From Octopus vulgaris (lineage: Eukaryota): a stretch of 64,000 bases of DNA. Shown one piece after another: positions 49,340 through 62,638 of this stretch. Under the pieces are notes generated by a model that saw nothing but the letters and a program-made list of their open reading frames with translations, was not told the origin of the DNA and did no database searches. A program made the translations under genes and the position numbers. Every line of letters starts with the position of its first letter. Position 1 is the stretch's first letter. Location: positions 2,790,001 to 2,854,000 of the forward strand of contig OX597842.1 in the NCBI GenBank assembly GCA_951406725.2, in the 5' to 3' direction.

Positions 49340-49650
49340 AGGCTATGTGTTTGGAAATTTCCACAAAGTACCTGATGAACAAGAGAGAAAGTGACACTCT
49401 TGTAATCCCAAGATGCGACCACGTGTAGGCTATGTCATGTGACTGTGGAAGACATCACACACGTGATTAGCTGCTGTCCTAAAATGCCGTCACGGTACTA
49501 CCTCCCTATGCAGCATAATGTTGTTGCTAAAACAATTTACAATGCCATCTGCAAAAAAGACTGTCCTGAAATAAACTTAGAAAATCCCTCTGTTATTGAA
49601 ATACATAAACACCAACTCAAGGAATACTGGTGGAATATTCCCATCAAAGC
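49340..49650 (+). mobile_element. RLE-type (R4/Dong-like) non-LTR retrotransposon remnant
   Basis: CRLCHVTVEDITHVISCC zinc knuckle followed by YYLPMQHNVVAK (degenerate RHN motif). Confidence 0.75.
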
Positions 49651-49654
49651 TTCT

Positions 49655-49698
49655 GTTGTCATGCGATGTTGGGGGGACAAACATATACACACACTCAT

Positions 49699-49765
<67 letters not shown>

Positions 49766-49932
49766 TACGATGGGCTTCTTTCAGTTTCCGTCTACCAAAT
49801 CCACTCACAAGGCTTTGGTTGGCCTGAGGCTATAGTAGAAGACACTTGCCCAAGGTCCCATGCAGTGGGATTGAACCTGGAACCATGTGGTTTGTAAGCA
49901 AGCTACTTACCACACAGCAACTCCTGCACCTA
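49655..49932 (-). mobile_element. SINE family A
   Basis: similarity to consensus. Confidence 0.88.
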
Positions 49933-50932
49933 TATTTGTTCCTATTGTTTTGAAATTAGCCAAGCATTATCCCTTAGCTTCAAAATTTCAATGATGTAAC
50001 AGTCTATTTTTAGAATAACATTGCAGGATCGGTGCAAGAGGCCACAACTGGCTGGTTTGAACACAAAACGGATGAATATTTGAGCCTTCTAAGGCCAGTT
50101 TAAATGCTAAAGGGTGAATGTAATTCAAACTAATATATACAGTATTTAATGTCAACTTAAGTCAGCAAAAACTTAGATGAAGACTAACATGATGTATTTC
50201 TGGCTGGCTCTGCTTTCATTACTGCATCTCTCTCTTCAACTGATATTTAATCTAAATAAGCGATTCAGCACTAACAAACCTCACTAAACCGTTATCATCC
50301 ATTAATAATAAAACAATAATGAATAATTCAAATTACGAGAACCGAAATCTCATTAAGACTCCAAAATGCAATTACCATTCATAAAACGTATATTCAGTCG
50401 ATGGTAATTGTCTAGAAAAATCAGTTATCTATGCAGACACTGTCATGGCTAACATTAATCAGAATGACACAGATTACATCGGATTAATAGCAACTCAATT
50501 TAAGATTAGATATTATCAGCATAATTATGCATTTTGAACAGTACAAAAACAATTTGATATTAGTCTAGCGACATACATCTAGATTTTGATAATAAAAAAA
50601 GACTAGTTATCTACAATGCTAAATGGTAACTTTTAGACAAAGGCATTTCCTTCTTTACAATCTAACATATGCTGAAATGTAGGTGCTTTTGAGAAATTCT
50701 TAATTTTAGAACACAGTTCTAAATCATTCAATGAGTACAATGAATTAATATCTTCATGTCTAAATAACGGAAATACCTTCTTAGGTGTTATAATTGCATT
50801 TCGTGATGCTTAAAGTTAAAAGAAATTGAACTTAAGAACTTGCCCATGTTTTTTATACATGATATATATATATATAGCTCATAATATTGTAACACACACA
50901 CAGATACACAGACACACACATACATATATATG

Positions 50933-51352
50933 TAGGCGCAGGGGTGGCTGCATGGTAAGTAGCTTGCTTATCAACCACATGGTTCCGGGTTCAGTCCAAC
51001 TGCATGGCACCTAGGGCAAGTGTCTTCTACTATAGCCTCGGGCTGACCAAAGCCTTGTGAGTGGATTTGGTAGATGGAAACTAAAAGAAGCCTGTTGTAT
51101 ATATGTATATATATATATATATTTCTTTACTACCCACAAGGGGCTAAACACAGACGGGACAAACAAGGTCAGACAAACGGATTAAGTCGATTATATCGAC
51201 CCCAGTGTGTAACTGGTACTTAATTTATCGACCCCGAAAGGATGAAAGGCAAAGTCGACCTCGGCAGAATTTGAACTCGGAACGTGACGACAGACGAAAT
51301 ACAGCTACGCATTTCGCCCGGCGTGCTAACGTTTCTGCCAGCTCGCCGCCTT

Positions 51353-51393
<41 letters not shown>

Positions 51394-51645
51394 ATGTTTG
51401 TGTTTGTCCTCCCCAACATCGCTTGACAACTGGTGTTGATGTGTTTACGTCCCCTTAACTTAGCAGTTTGGCAAAAGAGACCGATAGAATAAGTACTAGG
51501 CTTACAAAGAATAAGTCCTGGATTCGATTTGTAAGCCTAGTACTTATTTTATTGGTTTCTTTTGCCGAACTGCTAAGTTATGGGGATGTAAGCACACCAC
51601 CATTGGTTGTCAAACGATGTTGGGTGGACAAACACAGACACACAA

Positions 51646-51710
<65 letters not shown>

Positions 51711-51873
51711 TACGACGGGCTTCTTTCAGTTTCCGTCTACCAAATCCACTCACAAGAGTTTGGTCGGCCCGAGGCTTTAGTAGAAGACACTTGCCCAAGG
51801 TGCCACACAGTGGGACTGAACCCGGAACCATTGGTTCGTAAGCAAGCTACTTACCACACAGCCACTCCTACGC
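50933..51873. mobile_element. SINE A (+) interrupted by SINE B and fused tail-to-tail with SINE A (-)
   Basis: + head 50933-51100, + tail 51380-51530, - copy 51530-51873. Confidence 0.85.
51122..51352 (-). mobile_element. SINE family B, full-length young copy
   Basis: reverse complement of aggcggcgagctggcagaaacg...cctttcatcctttcggggtcgataaattaagtacc...gtagtaaagaaat. Confidence 0.9.
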
Positions 51874-52319
51874 CATGTAAAAGCACCTAGCACACTCTGT
51901 AAAGTGGTTGGCGTTAGGAAGAGCATCCAGCCATAGAAACCATACCAAAGCAGACTGGCTTGCCAGTTTTAATCAAATCGTCCAACCCATGCCAGCATGG
52001 AAAACGTATATTAAATAATGATGTTGATGATGATGATCATCATCATCATGACATACATGTGTGTGTGTTTGAGAGTGTATATATGTGCGTGTAATTGTGT
52101 CTCCTTTCTTGATATCACATGATAACTATAAGCAATCATCTCTGATAAACAAGCAATCTCCTTCATTTCCAATCTTCCATGGAAAACTTGTATGGCCTTG
52201 GGAAAATATTACCTCACTTGGAAATTGTCGAATGTTGGTGGCAGGAAAGGCACCCAACCATAGAACTATCTGCGCCAATAAACTGTGATCCATTGCAAGC
52301 AAGGAAAAATGGACATTAA

Positions 52320-52610
52320 GATGATGATGATGATGATAGTTGTGATGATGACAACGATGATGATGATGGTGACAGTGATGGTGATGATGGTAATCATAAT
52401 GATGGTAATGATGATGATGGTAATGATGATGACGGTGATGATGATGGTGAGGATGGTAATGATGGTGGTGATGATGACAATGATGATGATGATGGTGACA
52501 GTGATGGTGATGATGGTGGTAATGATGGTAATGATGATGATGGTGAGGATGGTAATGATGGTGGTGACAATGATGATGGTGATGATGTCGATGATGATGA
52601 CAATGATGAC
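52320..52610. repeat. (ATG/GTG)n trinucleotide field
   Basis: direct inspection. Confidence 0.95.
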
Positions 52611-53214
52611 ATAATTCACGTACGTCACATTCTTTCCTTCTTCCCTTCATTCCTTCGTCCTGCCTCGTTATTCTTCCTCGTTATTTCTGTCACAAAACAT
52701 TGTCAGTCCATTTCGTCTTTCTAAAAATTCTTCAATTACCATTTTTTTCTTTCGCATTTCTTTCCCTCCATTTTTTTTTTTTTTGGCATGTTTTTCTGAC
52801 TCCTTGTCTTTGATTGAATACTTCCTCCTTTCATGATTTCATTCTTCTTCTTCTTTCAATTCTTCAGTATTTTGATTTTCTTATTCTTCCCTTCCTTTTC
52901 CTCTTCCCCCTTCTCATTTTTATTTTTCCATTTCTTATTTTCCTCCTTGTTCTTATTTCCCCCCCTTTCTTCTTCTCCACCTTCTATTCTTCACCTCCTC
53001 CTCCTCCTCCTCTTATTCTTAACTTTCTTCTTCTTCTTCCATTGTTTTTCCTACTCTTCCTCCTCCTCCTCTTATTCTTAACTTCCTTCTTCTTCCATCA
53101 GTTTTCCTACTCTTCCTCCTCCCCGTCCTATCTTGGTTCCATTCCAATCTTTTATTCCTTTTTCCCCAAAATTTTTCCCTTCCTTTTTTACATATTTAAA
53201 AAAATTTTCTTCTT

Positions 53215-53620
53215 CAGGAGTGGCTGTGTGGTAAGTAGCTTGTCTATCAACCACATGGTTCTGGGTTCAGTCCCACTGCGTGGCACCTTGGGCAAGTGTC
53301 TTCTACTATAGCCTCGGGCCGACCAAAGCCTTGTGAGTGGATTTGGTAGATGGAAACTAAAAGAAGCCCATCATATATATGTATATATATATATGTATGT
53401 GTGTGTATATGTTTGTGTGTCTGTGTTTGTCCCCCTAGCATTGCTTGACAACCAATGCTGGTGTGTTCAGGTCCCCGTTACTTAGCGGTTTGGCAAAAAG
53501 AGACCGATAGAATAAGTACTGGGCTTACAAAGAATAAGTCCCGGGGTGGATTTGCTCGATTAAAGGCGGTGCTCCAGCATGGCCGCAGTCAAATGACTGA
53601 AACAAGTAAAAGAGTAAGAG
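53215..53620 (+). mobile_element. SINE family A within a CT-rich tract (52810-53960)
   Basis: similarity to consensus. Confidence 0.92.
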
Positions 53621-54377
53621 TTTCATTTTCTCGTTTTCTTTCTTCTAATTCTTCTTCATCATCATCGTCATCACAATTTTCTTTTTCATTTTTCATCTTC
53701 TTTCACTTTTATCTTTCCTCCCAATTCTTTTCCATTTTTCCTTTTCTTCTTCAAATTTTTCTTCTTCTTCCAGTTATTCTTTTATTACTTTCTTCTTTCT
53801 TCTCCTTCTCTTCTTCCAATTCTTCTTTTCCTCCACATTTTTTCTTCTCTTTCTCTTTCTTCTTCCTCTCACCTTCTTCTTTCTCTCCCTTCTCCTCCTC
53901 ATCATCAACTTTCTCCTTCTTCATCGTCTTCCAATCCTCTTCCTCCTCCTCCCAATAACTTAACATTTTTCTTCAACAGCAAATGCTGGAACTCTCAATT
54001 TCTTCACTGTAATAGCAGTAGTAGCAGTGGTGGTAGCAGTGGTAACAGCAGGAGGAGGGGGGTTGTGGTGGTGGTGGTAGTTGTCGTTATGGTTTATCTC
54101 CTTCAATTACACTCTTCATCCATAACTATTACAATGACCACCACCACCACCATCATCAACATCACCATCACTGCCACCAGTACCGTTTATCATCAACATC
54201 ATCATCATCAACTCCATCACCATCATCATTATCAGTCTTGAACGCCACTTGCCTCACTTTTTCATTCACACACTCAAGCACTCACACACACACACATACA
54301 CACACATACACACTAGCATAAGCATACAGATTCATACACACACACACACACATACACACACACACATATATATATAC

Positions 54378-54760
54378 ACTCTTTTACTTGTTTCAGTCAT
54401 TTGACTGTGGCCATGCTGGAGCACCGCCTTTCGTCGATCGAGCAAATCGACCCCAGGACTTATTCTTTGGAAGCCTACTACTTATTCTATCAGTCTCTTT
54501 TGCTGAACCACTAAGTTACGGGGACGTAAACACACCAGCATCGGTTGTCAAGCGATGTTGGGGGACAAACACAGACACACAAACATATACACACACATAC
54601 ATACATGCATATATATATGTACGATGGGCTTCTTTAAGTTTCCATCTACCAAATCCACTCACAAGGCTTTGGTTGGCCCAAGGTTATATTAGAAGATACC
54701 AGTGGGACTGAACCCAGAACCATGTGGATGGTAAGCAAGGTTCCTACCACAAAGCTACTC
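54378..54760 (-). mobile_element. SINE family A
   Basis: similarity to consensus. Confidence 0.9.
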
Positions 54761-55394
54761 CATACATATTCTAAGGTGTAGTACCATGTGTCAGGGGCAT
54801 GGCTCTGTGTTTGAGATATTTGGCTCATGGTCACAAGGTAATGAGTTCAATTCCCTGCAGCACTTTTGTCCTTGAGCAAGACACCTTACTTCACATTGCT
54901 CCATTCAACTCACCTGGCAAAAATGAGTAGTACATGGATTCAAAAGGGCCAGCCTTGTCAGTTTCTATGTCATGCTGAATCCCCTGACACTACTTCCCTG
55001 TGACTTAACAGTTCGGCAAAAGAGACTGATATAATAAGAACCAGGTTTTTAAAAAATTAGCACTTTTAGTCATTTGACTAAAGTTCTTCAGCATTGCTGC
55101 AGTCTGATAACTAAAACAGGTAAAGAGTAAAAGACTTGGCAGGCTTCCACACAGTTTCCATTTCTTAAATTCTCTTGGCTGCAAAGCAAGATTCTTGAGC
55201 ACAGAGCCATGCCTGTTATAGGCGTGTCTATGTGCATGAGCATGTTTGCATTTGTTAGCATGTGTATGTGTGTATGCATGTATTAGTGCATATGTAGGTG
55301 CAGGAGTGGCTGTGTGGTAAGTAGCTTGCTTACCAAGCCCATGGTTCCAGGTTCAGTCACACTGCGTGGTACCTTGGGCAAGTGTCTTCTACTA

Positions 55395-55591
<197 letters not shown>

Positions 55592-55628
55592 TCTGTTTCA
55601 ACACACAACTTCACATAAAAAATCTTGC

Positions 55629-55740
<112 letters not shown>

Positions 55741-56125
55741 CATATAAGAAGGATAAACACTACATGGACATCCATTATGCTAGAAGTAGATCCACTATAG
55801 TCTTACCACTAAGAAAGGAATGTTCTCAAGAAAATTTTAGCAAGCACCAGAACATAAGCAAGCAAGACAAATGAAAAGAAACAAAATATAGATTAATCAA
55901 AGACCATTTTCTCTATTACTACTTTCTTAATCACTTACGTAATTATCTGTAGCTCATCAGTATGATCGTCTTTGCAAATATAATTTGCAGAACTATACAC
56001 GGGGCATTGAATATGTGTACAGTTCTACCAATTACACTTGAGGTTATCTTTCAAAAGTCTTCGTTTTGGTACGCTAAAATACTGGAAATAATTCTGCAGA
56101 AAATAATTCTCTGCAGTGAATTTAA

Positions 56126-56164
<39 letters not shown>

Positions 56165-56169
56165 TATAT

Positions 56170-56271
56170 ATATGATGGGCTTCTTTCAATTTCCATCCTA
56201 TCCAATCCACTCACAAACCTTTGGTAATGTTGGGGGGACAAACACAGATTCACAAACATATATACACACAA

Positions 56272-56332
<61 letters not shown>

Positions 56333-56709
56333 CATATATACGATGGGCTTCTTTCAGTTTCCGTCTACCAAATCCACTGACAAGGCTTTGGTCGGCCCAA
56401 GGCTATAGTAGAAAACACTAGCCCAAGGTGCCACACAGTGGGACTGAACCATGAACCATGTGGTTGGTAAGCAAGCTTCTTACCACACAGCCATGCCTAA
56501 AACCCCATTCCCTCAGACAGGAATACACGCTCAGAAATACACTTAAATTCATACACTAGGCCGTGTGGTAAGTAGCTTGCTTACCAACCACATGGTTCCG
56601 GGTTCAGTCCCACTGCGTGGCAACTTGGGCAAGTGTCTTCTACTATAGCCTCGGGCCAACCAAAGCCTTGAGAGTGGATTTGGTAGACGGAAACTGAAAG
56701 AAGCCTGTC

Positions 56710-56741
<32 letters not shown>

Positions 56742-56943
56742 TTGTGTTTGTCCCCCCAACATTGCTTGACAACTGATGCTGGTGTGTTTACGTCCCCGTC
56801 ACTTAGCGATTCAGCAAAAGAGACCGATAGAATAAGTACTGGGCTTACAAAGAATAAATCCCGGGGTTGAGTTGCTCGATTAAAGGCAGTGCTCCAGCAT
56901 GGCCACAGTCAAATGACTGAAACAAGTAAAAGAGTAAATGAGT
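56170..56943. mobile_element. head-to-head SINE A pair (- 56170-56500; + 56560-56943)
   Basis: opposite-orientation similarity to consensus. Confidence 0.88.
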
Positions 56944-57075
56944 ATATAAAATTAGTGTATATTTACTTGTACATATTCCACACACATTCATTTACAAACA
57001 CATACACACACGCCACTAACAAACGCAAACATACATACACATGTTAACATACAAACACACATACAGAATCACACT

Positions 57076-57107
<32 letters not shown>

Positions 57108-57167
57108 TTTGTCAATTGTTTCCTATTTCCTAAAGCAATTATTTTTGTCAAGCATTAAGGCCACACT

Positions 57168-58180
57168 CACCCTCTCTCTTTCTCTCTATTCCCCCACTGT
57201 ATCTTCCTCTCCCTCTCTTCCCCTCATCTTTTCACTCTCTCCCCTTCTTTTATCCCCCTCTCTCTCTCCCTCTTGCTTTTCCTGTATCTCTCTCCCTCTC
57301 TTCCTCTTGCTTTTCCTGTATTTCTCTCCCTCTCCATTCCCCTCTGCTCTCTTTCTCCCTGCCTCTCTCTCTCTCCGTCTCCTCCTTGCTTTTCCTTTAT
57401 TTCTCTCCCTCTCCATTCCCCTCTGCTCTCTTTCTCTGTCTCTCTCTCCCTCTCTCCCTTATTTTTCCTGTATTTCTCTGTCACTTCACTCTCTTTTTCT
57501 ATATCTCCCTCCATCTTCCTCTTCAACTCCCTTCTACCACCTCTCTCTCTCTCCCTCTCTGTGTTCGTGCCATCTCCCTCTCACCTTGTCTCTGTGTGTT
57601 TCTCTCTCTCTTTCTCCCTACTCCTCTCTCTCTCTGTCCCCTCTCTGCATCCACCTCTCTCTCTCCCTCCTTACACTTCATTCTAAACCCCTACTTTCCA
57701 CTCCTCCCTTATTCTATCCCCCCTCTTACTCACACACCCTTCTCTCCTTCTCTCCCTTTGTCCAACTGAAATATGATATTCTAAAACACCATCACCCCAA
57801 CCAACCCTACACACGACCATCACTACCAATGCCAACACAACCACCACCACCACCACCACCACCACCACCACCACCACCGTCATCATCATCAACACCAACA
57901 TAAACATCCCAACAACCACTGGCACCACCATCACAGCCATCTTGTTCCTCCTCATGACCACCACCACTACCACCACCACCCCTACTGCAGCTGCTGCTAC
58001 TACTACTACTGCTATTAATACTGTCACTGCTGCTACTATTACCACTACTACTACTGCTACTACCACAACTAATAGCACTACCCATACTACAATCACTATC
58101 ACCACCACCACTATCTCCTCTCCTCCTCCACCACCACCACCATCTCCTCTCCTCCTCCACCACCACCACCACCACCGTAA
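57168..58180. repeat. CT-rich then (CAC/TAC)n low-complexity field
   Basis: direct inspection. Confidence 0.9.
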
Positions 58181-58360
58181 TTACCATTCCGAAATTCCAC
58201 ACATCAAACATCTGGTACATAGAGAACCCTAATTTATCAAAACTACCAGTACCACACCAACCCCCTACCACGACCAACACAGCCACCACCAATACCGCCA
58301 CCAATACTGGCACGAGCCTCAACAGCACTGAAATCACTGTTACCACTATTTTTATTAAAG

Positions 58361-58403
<43 letters not shown>

Positions 58404-58405
<2 letters not shown>

Positions 58406-58650
58406 GAGGCACATGGCCTAGTGGATAGAGCAGCGGACTCGCGGTTGAGGAATCGCAGGTTCGAATCTCAGACTGGGCGATTAGTGTGTTTATGAGCGAA
58501 AACACCTCAGCTCCACGTGGCTCTGGCAGAAGGTAATGGCGAACTTCTGCTGACTCTTTCCTCCTGCATCTTGCAGCTCACCTGCGACAGACTGGCGTCC
58601 CATCCAGGTGGGGAACCTATACGCCAAGGAAACCGGGAAACCAGCCCTAT
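58404..58650 (+). mobile_element. SINE family C
   Basis: homologous to 5798-6080. Confidence 0.82.
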
Positions 58651-58744
58651 ATTATATATAATAATATAAATAATATATAAATATATGTACATACCTACAT
58701 ATATATGTATATATACATGCATATGTGGATACACATATAAGAGA

Positions 58745-59540
58745 TATGATCAATAAGTATTCGGAATGTTGCCATAGTAACGAACCTAAGGCTACTGTCA
58801 CTGATTGACCTTGAACTCTACTGCGCATGTTCACTAAGTTTTAACATTCTAGCTCACTTCTGCTGTTTACAGAAGTGTTTGGAAGGAAGGTGTGTAGAGT
58901 GTGATTGTTGCATTGACTGTGACAGAGAAAGTTGTCATGGTGATACCTGCTCGGACACCTACGAAAAGTTGCCGAAAGTGTATGAGTGGTTCAAACCTTT
59001 CCAAGTTGGCCGAAAAAATGTTGATAGTGAGACCCATAACCAGCAGAACTGAGAAAAACATCACACATGTGTGTGCAGCTGTGAGGGGAAATCATTGAAT
59101 CACCATCCATGGGTTATTAGAGGATGTACACATAAGTTACGGTTCAGTTCAGTCCATTATCAATGAAGATTTGGGTATGAGACGCCAAGTTTGTGTCAAA
59201 AGGACACTCGGGTCTCAGTTGCACAAGATCTCCTTGATTATGTTGAGAATGATGAAAACTTTTTGAAACTTTTGCATAAGCCTCTGAGCAGGTATCACCA
59301 AGCTTTTGGCAAAATTTGATACAGGTTCTTTGCACAACTTTCTCCGTCATAGTCAATGTGATGAACACATGCTACACACGTTGCTTCCAAGCACTGCTGT
59401 AAACAGAGGAAGTGAGCTAGAATGTTCAAACTTAGTGTGCATGCAGAGCAGTGTTCAATGTGAATCTGTGCCAAGTAGCTTCAATCTGCATGCTTTAGCT
59501 TCATTACTATAGCAAGTTTGGCTACTTATTGATGAGACCA
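58745..59540. mobile_element. non-autonomous mariner derivative built from two inverted 5' ends
   Basis: aacattctagctcacttc..gtttacag inverted at both ends; MTEKVVQRTCIKFCQKLG on - and KVYEWFK.FQ.GR.NV on +. Confidence 0.75.
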
Positions 59541-59546
59541 CATACA

Positions 59547-59755
59547 TTCTTTTAATCTTTAACTTGTTTCAGTCATTTGACTGTGGCCATGCTGGAGCAC
59601 TGCCTTAAAGGGTTTTTTAGTTGAAGAAATCAAACTCAGGACCTATTCTTCACAAGCCTAATACTTATTCTCTTGGTCTCTTTAGTGAACCACTAAGTCA
59701 CAGGGACATAAACACACCAATACCAGTTATCAAGTGATGGTGCAGGGGAAAAACA

Positions 59756-59791
<36 letters not shown>

Positions 59792-59965
59792 TATACATAT
59801 GTATGTATACGACAGGTTTCTTTCAGTTTCCATCTACCAAATCCACTCACAGGGCTTTGGTCAGCTTGAGGTTATAATAGAAGACACTTGCCCAAGGTTC
59901 CATGCAGTGGGACTGAACCTGCAACCATGTGGTTGGGAAGCAAGGTTCTTACCACACATGCACCT
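59547..59965 (-). mobile_element. SINE family A
   Basis: similarity to consensus. Confidence 0.88.
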
Positions 59966-60384
59966 ATATATCTATATATATATTGTTCAGAACAGTTTGA
60001 TTTGGATTCTGGTCTACTTCAAGTTTCAAAGCCCCTAATAGGGCCCTCTCCTCAGACCAGTGGAAATCCAAATATAAATATTATCTTTTAACTTTATATA
60101 TATGAATGTTTATTTTTATATGTATCATTTATCTTTTACTTGTTTCAGTCATTACACTATGGCCTTGCTGGAGCATCACCTAGAAGATTTATAGCTGAAC
60201 AAATCAACCTCAGTATTTATTACTTCTTTAAAGCCTTATACTTATTTTGTCAGTCTCTTTTGGTGAACTGCTAAGTTACAGAGATGTAAACATACCAAAC
60301 ACAGACACAAAGACACACACACATAGATGAATATGAGGCATATGGTTATATATATAAGTACCCTATTTTAAAATGCCTACAACC

Positions 60385-60462
60385 TCATTATGATGACAAC
60401 TATAGGCAATAAAAATAAAATTAACTACTTTTAGCCATAGGCTGAAACAGCTGTAAGAAGTG
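60385..60462 (+). ncRNA. degenerate hammerhead-like motif with ACAGCUGU helix III
   Basis: aTGATGA C AACTATAGGC ... GCCATAGGCT GAAAC AGCT GTA AG. Confidence 0.45.
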
Positions 60463-60805
60463 ATTTTAATGATTTCAATAATTTATATGACTTTTATAAT
60501 TTATATTTTTATCTTATATGTATTGAATTATAAGATATATATGTATGCTATTGATGTTTTCATTTTGTTAAATGAATAAATAATTCAACATTCTAATATC
60601 TGAAATTTGTTTCTCTATTTTCTTATTTGTATTATAAATTTACGGTAAAAATATTTCTTTACCTTCACCCGTTTAATGTAATAAATAAGTTAATTGCATT
60701 GCAATTAAAAACATTTATGTATTAAGAATTTGGGTACTTTACCAATAGTATACTGGATAAATACTATCCCATAGTGGGTTACACCCATAACCCTATCTTA
60801 CTATG

Positions 60806-60869
<64 letters not shown>

Positions 60870-61035
60870 TGAAGTATATTTGCCATTTAAATGTGGCTAA
60901 CCCTTCAGGGTGGATGCTACTGTAGTTTGTAGCCCCAGGAGGACACCTCCTCCAGCTGGCTATTGACACACTTTCTGTGCCCTATCAGTATTTGCAAAGG
61001 GAAGCCATCCTTCCCATCTCCAACCTGACATGATA

Positions 61036-61080
61036 CACATGGACTTGAGTTTCTGGATATTGACCCGTCATCAGTGTGTG
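61036..61080 (-). ncRNA. minimal type-I hammerhead motif (left arm)
   Basis: minus strand: CACACA CTGATGA C GGG TCAATA TCC A GAAAC TCAA GTC CATGTG. Confidence 0.7.
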
Positions 61081-61198
61081 ACAATCAGAGATTGATTATT
61101 GCTTGTTTACACTTTTTCGATATCAGTGACTTTTCATCACTGGAAAAAGGATATGTGTTTGCATTGGGAAGCACTTTTCATCGGCAATCGGTGATTGT

Positions 61199-61243
61199 CA
61201 CACACTGATGATAGGTCAATATCCAGAAACTTGGGTCTGTGTG
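61199..61243 (+). ncRNA. minimal type-I hammerhead motif (right arm), GUC triplet
   Basis: CACACA CTGATGA TAGGTCAATATCCA GAAAC TTGG GTC TGTGTG; 6 bp perfect helix I. Confidence 0.75.
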
Positions 61244-61527
61244 TATCATGTCAGGTTGGAGATGGTAAGGACGGCTTTCCTTTGCAAATACTGATAGGGC
61301 ACAAAAAGTTTGTCAATAGCCAGCTGGAGAAGATGTCCTCCTGGGGCTAGAAACTACAGTAACATCCACCCTTAGGGGTTAGCCACATTTAAATGGCAGA
61401 TATACTTCACAATGTTTGCGCAGCTAAAGTTTATACCTAGCTCAGAGATTTATTAGATATATTAAAATAACAGTTCAGCAATGTATCTTCTCAGTTCTGC
61501 AAAAAGGCTCTCGTACTCAGCATGCTT

Positions 61528-61582
<55 letters not shown>

Positions 61583-61695
61583 GCTAGATAGCAGGAGTAT
61601 TATTCCCTCACATGGGACTGTCACATTAAGTTGACAGCATACAACTACTTTATCGTATCACTACTGTATAAATCTCTCTGAGAGATTTAGAAATG

Positions 61696-61727
<32 letters not shown>

Positions 61728-61730
<3 letters not shown>

Positions 61731-61877
61731 GGAGTAAACACATAAATGTGAAACAAGGTGGAAAAAAGAGTACTCAAATACCAGTGGTAGAGTAATTCTA
61801 GCAAAAACTGTCCGATGAACAGCAACGGGAAACTCAGAGTAACAGGTTTTGTTGAATTTTCTGCTGCTTTAAATAAA

Positions 61878-61880
<3 letters not shown>
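61728..61880 (+). mobile_element. family H2 copy with collapsed left arm and hammerhead-like motif at 61808-61846
   Basis: ccggagtaaacacataaat head as at 19548; CTGT CCGATGA ACAGCAACGG GAAAC TC A GAGT A ACAG. Confidence 0.75.
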
Positions 61881-61917
<37 letters not shown>

Positions 61918-61929
61918 TCATCACCACCA

Positions 61930-62443
61930 TCATCATCGTTTAATGTCCACTTTCCATATTAGCATGGGTTGGACGGTTTGAGGACTGGCAAGCCACATAG
62001 CTGCACCAAGTCAAATATGATCTGGCAAAGTTTCTACAGCTGAATGCCCTTCCTAATGCCAACCACTCCAAGAATGTAGTGGGCGCTTTTCACATGCCAC
62101 TGGCACAACGGCCAGTCAGGTGGTTCTGGCAATGATCATGCTTGAATGTTGTTTTTCATGCACCACCGGCGATGCTGGCAACGATCACGATTGAATGGTG
62201 CTTTTCAAGTGACACCAGCAAGGGAGCCAATCTGTGGCCGTGGCAACGATCACACTCAGATATGCTTCTTTTAACATTCCACTGGCATGAGTGCCAATCA
62301 GGTGGTGCTGTCATCCACCACAGCATGGCTGTGGTTCCAGGTTCTTTATTACTGCATGGAACCTTGGGCAAGTGTCTTCTACTATAACATCAGGCCAACC
62401 AAAGATTTGTGAGTGGATTTGGTAGATGGGAACTGAAAGAAGC

Positions 62444-62505
<62 letters not shown>

Positions 62506-62638
62506 AGTGTGTGTGTGCTTCTGCACGTGCATGTGTTTGTGTGTGTGTCTATGTCCCCTCACCACTGCTTGGCAACTGGTGAAGGTGTGTTTACGCCCCT
62601 ATAACTTAGCAGTTCAGAAAAGAGACTGACAAAATAAG
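61930..62638. mobile_element. family E copy (-, 61930-62320) and SINE A (+, 62325-62638)
   Basis: similarity to consensuses. Confidence 0.8.

Larger units (their letters stand above)
60869..61410. mobile_element. foldback element family H4, 219 bp arms, 104 bp spacer, hammerhead in each arm
   Basis: 60869-61087 inverted to 61192-61410. Confidence 0.92.

Noticed and set aside
49372-49395. CTGATGA...GAAA
   Set aside because: Lies in LINE coding remnant with no helices; chance match
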